From Candidatus Saccharimonadota bacterium (GTDB lineage Bacteria > Patescibacteriota > Saccharimonadia > Saccharimonadales > EFPC-124): DNA of 47,140 bases. Where the stretch lies: assembly GCA_016880595.1 (NCBI GenBank), contig JAEHDC010000018.1, positions 1-47,140 of the forward strand, written 5' to 3'. A program made the position numbers and the translations under genes. Shown here in pieces: positions 43,214 to 47,140 of the stretch; position 1 is the first letter of the stretch, and the number at the start of each line of letters is the position of its first letter. The notes beneath the pieces are model-generated. The model worked only from the letters and a program-made list of their open reading frames with translations. It was not told where the DNA came from and did no database searches.

Positions 43214-44272
43214 TTACTTTTTAAGGCTAAGTGAGATTTTGCGATTTTCTTTTAAAATCTCCAAAATCTTAAATGTCTTCTTCTCGTTCAGCTTGAAAAT
43301 CTTCTCCGGATCAACACTGTCATCTTCACCAAGCTCAGTTACGTGAACAAGAGCCTCTACAGCCGGACTAAGCTGAATAAAGGCGCCAAACGGCGTAATG
43401 CGCGTTACGGTACCCTCGACTTCATCGCCAACGTTAAACTTCTGCACTTCTTTAGCCCAAGGATCTTCCTGGAGCTGCTTAAGGCTGAGGCTGAGGCGAT
43501 CTTTTTCTATCGAAATGATCTTAGCATCAACAGTCTGACCGACCTTTACATAGTCTGACGGGTCGCTGACGCGCTCCCAACTAATTTCACTGATGTGAAT
43601 TAAACCTTCAATGCCGTCAACGTTTACAAAAGCACCAAAGTCTACAACGCCGGTAACAACACCTTTTACAGTGTCACCGATCTTAAGCTTGTCAAAACGC
43701 TCGGCGAGGCCTTCTTTTATAGCTTCTTTTTCTGAGAAAATAAGCTTGTTCGTCTTCCGATCAGCATCAAGTACGCGAACGCGAAGCGGCTTGTTGATCA
43801 ATGAGTTTAAGCGTTGTAAAATTTCATCTTTATCCGCACCAGCAACGCGAGGATAATGCTCAGCGCTCAGCTGACTCACGGGCATAAAACCACGAATGCC
43901 TTCTAGCTCGATCAATAATCCACCCCTGTTGGCATCATAGGCAATCACCTCGATAGTTTCACCTGCGTCCATTATTCGCTTTATGCCGTCCCAACCACGA
44001 TCTTTTGCAGCTTTGCGCAGGCTTAGTAGAGCGTATCCTTCCTCAATTTCCGGGTCAACAATACTTGCTGTAACTTCATCACCTTCTTTTAGTGACCGCA
44101 TTGCCCCAATCTCGCGACGAGGTACTAGACCCACGCCCTGAGAACCAAGATCAACCCAAAGCTCATGCTTTTTAACAGACAAAACCTTTCCTTCTACAAC
44201 TTCGCCTGCAGTAAGTTGATCAATTTGCTCCTGTTCCAGGAGCTCGTCCATAGTAATTGTGGCTTTCGCCAT
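43214..44272 (-). CDS. rpsA: 30S ribosomal protein S1 (four S1 domains)
   Basis: Repeated S1-domain motifs are present (G.VV.G.V..V....L.VDLG, GFMPVSQLS, GLIHISEIS, ALVHVTEL). Start set to ATG 44272, which has AAAGGTG 8 nt upstream. Confidence 0.9.
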   Translation of the reverse strand: MAKATITMDELLEQEQIDQLTAGEVVEGKVLSVKKHELWVDLGSQGVGLVPRREIGAMRSLKEGDEVTASIVDPEIEEGYALLSLRKAAKDRGWDGIKRIMDAGETIEVIAYDANRGGLLIELEGIRGFMPVSQLSAEHYPRVAGADKDEILQRLNSLINKPLRVRVLDADRKTNKLIFSEKEAIKEGLAERFDKLKIGDTVKGVVTGVVDFGAFVNVDGIEGLIHISEISWERVSDPSDYVKVGQTVDAKIISIEKDRLSLSLKQLQEDPWAKEVQKFNVGDEVEGTVTRITPFGAFIQLSPAVEALVHVTELGEDDSVDPEKIFKLNEKKTFKILEILKENRKISLSLKK

Positions 44273-44365
44273 AGTGTATATAACACCTTTCTTCGTATAT
44301 TTTCTTATAGCACATTGGTGTACCATAAAGATTATTTTCTATTGTACCGTATAAGAGTAAAAAAA

Positions 44366-44791
44366 TCAAAGGGTGGTCTTACAAGAGTGTAATTTACGCC
44401 TAGATTTAGCATAAAGCTGAAAAACAAAAACAAGAAAGCCCATTGCCAAAGCAGAAGGGATTGTTTGTTCTGCCCCAGTTGATGGCATACTAATAGAGGC
44501 GGAGGCGCTTTCTTCAGAGCTATTGTCAGAATTATTGATAACTTCCGTACCACTTTCGTCTTCGTTGGGCACGTCTTGCGTCGCCTGTTCACTCTGCCGA
44601 GGGACGTCAGATGCGCCAACTTGATCCTGACTAATGCCCACCACTTGCGTTTCCGTTTGCGTATAGCTATAAGAGCGGCTTTTTAACCATCTCACACATA
44701 AGATAAGCGACGCCGCCAAAATAATAGCCACAATGATATAGAGAATGATTGGCTGCTTTTTATTGCAACTCGAATCAGAATTAATAGACAT
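44366..44791 (-). CDS. Small acidic surface protein with N-terminal signal anchor and C-terminal LPXTG-like sorting signal
   Basis: GAGGGGA SD upstream. The C-terminus has MPSTG, then the hydrophobic stretch IPSALAMGFLVFVFQLY, then the basic stretch AKSRRK. Confidence 0.6.
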   Translation of the reverse strand: MSINSDSSCNKKQPIILYIIVAIILAASLILCVRWLKSRSYSYTQTETQVVGISQDQVGASDVPRQSEQATQDVPNEDESGTEVINNSDNSSEESASASISMPSTGAEQTIPSALAMGFLVFVFQLYAKSRRKLHSCKTTL

Positions 44792-44875
44792 ACTTTCCCC
44801 TCAACTTCCTCTCTACCCAGTTTACACACAAAAAAAGAATCGCGCAATCGCCTTTGCATGTTGTACACTATAAGT

Positions 44876-45682
44876 ATGATCACAGCTATAGATATTGGAG
44901 GAACGAAAACGCTTATTGCGCAATTTAACAATAAAATGGAGGCACAAAACCATATTAAATTCCCTACGCCATCCGTAGCATCTGATTTTATTACCACTTT
45001 AAATCAATATCTCTCGCAACTAGTTGATATCTCTACAATCACAATTGGCCTGCCAGGGCAAATTTCCGACGATGGTAGTACTGTTATGTATTGCGGTAAT
45101 CTGCCTTGGCGCAATGTGCCTCTCAAAAAAATACTGGCAGAAAATCACAAATGCCCAATTTACCTTGAAAATGACGCAGCAATGGGCGGGCTTGGTGAAA
45201 TGAACGCATTGCCGCACATACCAAAACTGGGCTATTATCTTTCTCTTGGCACTGGTATTGGCGGCTCAATCATTGTCAATGGCAGACTTTTGCCAGAACT
45301 TAAGCGCAGCGAGCCAGGGCATATGATACTCAATAACGGAAAAATATGGTCAGAATGGGAAGACATCGCTTCTGGCCATGCTATAACAGAAAAATTCGAT
45401 AAAATGGCCTACGACCTTAAAACTCCTGAGGAATGGCAGTGGGTAGCAGAGAATATTGCACAAGGCTTAAACTCAATAATTGTCACACTCCTACCGGACA
45501 CAATCGTCATTGGTGGAGGCATTGGACGATTCTTCGATCAATACGGTCATTTCCTAAATGAAAAACTGCGCAAGCGCCTTCCAGATTACATCAAATTACC
45601 CAGAATACTAGAAGCAAAACGTGCTGACGATGCCGTTATTTACGGCTGTTATTACCATGCAACCCATCAAAACCATCTTTAA
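44876..45682 (+). CDS. ROK/glucokinase-like sugar kinase
   Basis: ITAIDIGGTKT, ENDAAMGGLGE and LSLGTGIGGSIIVNG are present. The ROK CxCGxxGC zinc motif is not visible. Start is ATG 44876 or 44858. Confidence 0.75.
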   Translation: MITAIDIGGTKTLIAQFNNKMEAQNHIKFPTPSVASDFITTLNQYLSQLVDISTITIGLPGQISDDGSTVMYCGNLPWRNVPLKKILAENHKCPIYLENDAAMGGLGEMNALPHIPKLGYYLSLGTGIGGSIIVNGRLLPELKRSEPGHMILNNGKIWSEWEDIASGHAITEKFDKMAYDLKTPEEWQWVAENIAQGLNSIIVTLLPDTIVIGGGIGRFFDQYGHFLNEKLRKRLPDYIKLPRILEAKRADDAVIYGCYYHATHQNHL

Positions 45683-46121
45683 AAAAATTACTAGCGATTT
45701 TGCACATATAAGATTCGCTAGTGCCGATACTTTTTATTGGTCACCTAGCACTTCAACGATTTATTATTCTGAGATTAAAAATAATGAGGGCATCTGGAAC
45801 TTAATTCACGAAATCTCACATGCCGCCCTTGGCCACGCTTCATTTAATTCGGACATAGAATTATTACAATGCGAAGCGCAAGCCTGGGAATATGCCGACA
45901 CCACTCTATCACCAAAATATGGCATAACCATCGACTATAATTTTATGCAAGAACAATTAGATACATATCGCACTTGGCTCAATAAAAGAAGCCTTTGTCC
46001 AAACTGCAGGCAAAATGGCATTCAAACACAAAACACCTACAGGTGCATAAACTGCAGGTGTTCGTGGCGAGCCAACGAGGCTCGAAATTGTACCCTAAAA
46101 CGTTTTAGGCTGACAAGGTAA
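45657..46121 (+). CDS. Putative HExxH zinc metallopeptidase with C-terminal CxxC...CxxC zinc ribbon
   Basis: LIHEISHAALGH and CPNCRQNG...YRCINCRC are present, a SprT-like architecture. The start is uncertain (45621, 45630 or 45657), and the gene overlaps the end of the kinase gene. Confidence 0.5.
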   Translation: MQPIKTIFKKITSDFAHIRFASADTFYWSPSTSTIYYSEIKNNEGIWNLIHEISHAALGHASFNSDIELLQCEAQAWEYADTTLSPKYGITIDYNFMQEQLDTYRTWLNKRSLCPNCRQNGIQTQNTYRCINCRCSWRANEARNCTLKRFRLTR

Positions 46122-46356
46122 AGTCGACCTGAGAAGCAGCTTCCTCGATAGTCAAAGGTTTAGACACTGCTTTACCGCGTCGGCTTCTAGATCCACCAAT
46201 TCGACCAGCTTTACGGGCAAGATCGTGATTTGCGGCAAAACCGCCAGTATTACCATTACTACCACCGATAGCACCGATTCGTGCATAAAAATCCTTACCG
46301 TGGCGTTTTTTTATTGTTTCAGCAGCTTTAGCGCCGCCAGTCTTATTACCTGACAT
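46105..46356 (-). CDS. KGG-repeat general stress protein (YciG/GsiB-like)
   Basis: Gly-rich repeats GGAKAAETIKKRHGKDFYARIGAIGG and FAANHDLARKAGRIGG are present. GGAG SD lies 8 nt upstream of ATG 46356. Confidence 0.7.
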   Translation of the reverse strand: MSGNKTGGAKAAETIKKRHGKDFYARIGAIGGSNGNTGGFAANHDLARKAGRIGGSRSRRGKAVSKPLTIEEAASQVDFTLSA

Positions 46357-46454
46357 ATATAAACTCCTTTGCCTCATAAATGATATGTGACTGTTTATAT
46401 TTTAACAGCGCTTGTGCTATCTGTCAATATTTACACAAGCATTATATTATTTTA

Positions 46455-46490
46455 ATACAAAGATAAAACCCTCGGCGTTAACCAAGGGTT
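46455..46490 (-). terminator. Rho-independent terminator after the 5S rRNA
   Basis: The minus strand reads AACCCUUGG-uuaacg-CCGAGGGUU (9 bp with one G-U pair), followed by UUAUCUUUGUAUU. Confidence 0.65.
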
Positions 46491-46500
46491 CTATATAAAA

Positions 46501-46610
46501 CGGCACCGTGCTATTTTCCCACCTAAAAGGCAGTATAATCGCCGCGACTGGGCTTAACTTCTGTGTTCGGAATGGTAACAGGTGTCTCCCCAGTGCCATG
46601 GGCACCGAAA
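46501..46610 (-). rRNA. rrf: 5S ribosomal RNA
   Basis: The minus strand reads UUUCGGUGCCCAUGGCACUGGGGAGACACCUGUUACCAUUCCGAACACAGAAGUUAAGCCCAGUCGCGGCGAU...GGGAAAAUAGCACGGUGCCG. The CCGAACACAGAAGUUAAGC loop C/helix III signature is present. Helix I closes as CGGUGCC/GGUGCCG with two G-U pairs. Ends are approximate. Confidence 0.85.
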
Positions 46611-46645
46611 ACTATATTCAAAATTAAACACAGTTTTCGGTGCCC
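46600..46645 (-). other. 14-bp perfect hairpin in the 23S-5S spacer that includes the 5' strand of 5S helix I
   Basis: GGGCACCGAAAACU (46632-46645 on the minus strand) pairs with AGUUUUCGGUGCCC (46600-46613), with an 18-nt loop. Confidence 0.6.
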
Positions 46646-46764
46646 AAAAGGTACCTTATTGTATGATGTTAAAGGAATATCAGCGTGATGACTCACACTA
46701 ACTACTAGTCAATCCTACCTCATTAGCCAAGATTATGCAAGCATAATCAAAAACTAAAAAGGAC

Positions 46765-47140
<376 letters not shown>

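Noticed and set aside
44864-44869. TACACT 6 nt upstream of the ROK-kinase ATG, as another leaderless promoter. Similar -10-like hexamers lie before lepB (13851-13856), priA (33248-33253) and the LCP gene.
   Set aside because: The hexamers are weaker and lack a TGn or -35 element, or the start codon is ambiguous. I left them out of the leaderless set to avoid inflating it.
46501-46610. An apparent defect in 5S helix I: both ends carry GGUGCC as a direct repeat rather than complementary strands.
   Set aside because: GGUGCC is self-complementary when two G-U wobbles are allowed, so a normal 7-bp helix I forms. The third, truly complementary copy upstream is reported separately as a precursor hairpin.

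Overview
This is a dense 47-kb chromosomal window. I call 48 protein genes, a 5S rRNA and the 3' end of a 23S rRNA. I saw no tRNA, CRISPR array or mobile element. TGA is used as a stop codon (for example prfA), so the standard bacterial code applies.

The content is almost entirely housekeeping:
- Translation: proS, frr, tsf, rpsB, rpmE, prfA, prmC, rplU, ileS, map, rpsU, def, fmt, infB, rpsA.
- Division and segregation: ftsA, ftsZ, parA, parB.
- Envelope: uppS, rseP, a CPBP protease, htrA, an LCP-family protein, lepB.
- Replication and repair: recJ, priA, and a class II ribonucleotide reductase.

Gene order copies several Firmicute-type clusters (rpsB-tsf-[pyrH]-frr-uppS-[cdsA-dxr]-rseP-proS, rpsU-yqeY, priA-def-fmt), but biosynthetic members are missing. 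Together with short versions of EF-Ts, IF-2 and S1, I infer a reduced, Gram-positive-like, probably host-dependent lineage, possibly Saccharibacteria/Patescibacteria. That placement is unverified; a search with the 23S fragment would settle it.

The most interesting items are:
1. An orphan 1350-aa multi-domain membrane protein. It forms an operon with one of two divergently transcribed paralogous small helical proteins.
2. A T-box leader with a textbook antiterminator in front of a eukaryote-like (type 2) ileS. I could not resolve its expression platform by eye.
3. A recurrent pattern at 11 genes: a -10 element, often of the extended TGn type, ends 6-10 nt before the start codon and there is no Shine-Dalgarno sequence. 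This suggests widespread leaderless mRNAs.
4. A Trp-rich orphan membrane protein directly after the B12-dependent reductase gene.
5. A small acidic protein with a sortase-type C-terminal sorting signal.

All family calls come from motif recognition by eye. No database search, HMM scan or folding computation was run.
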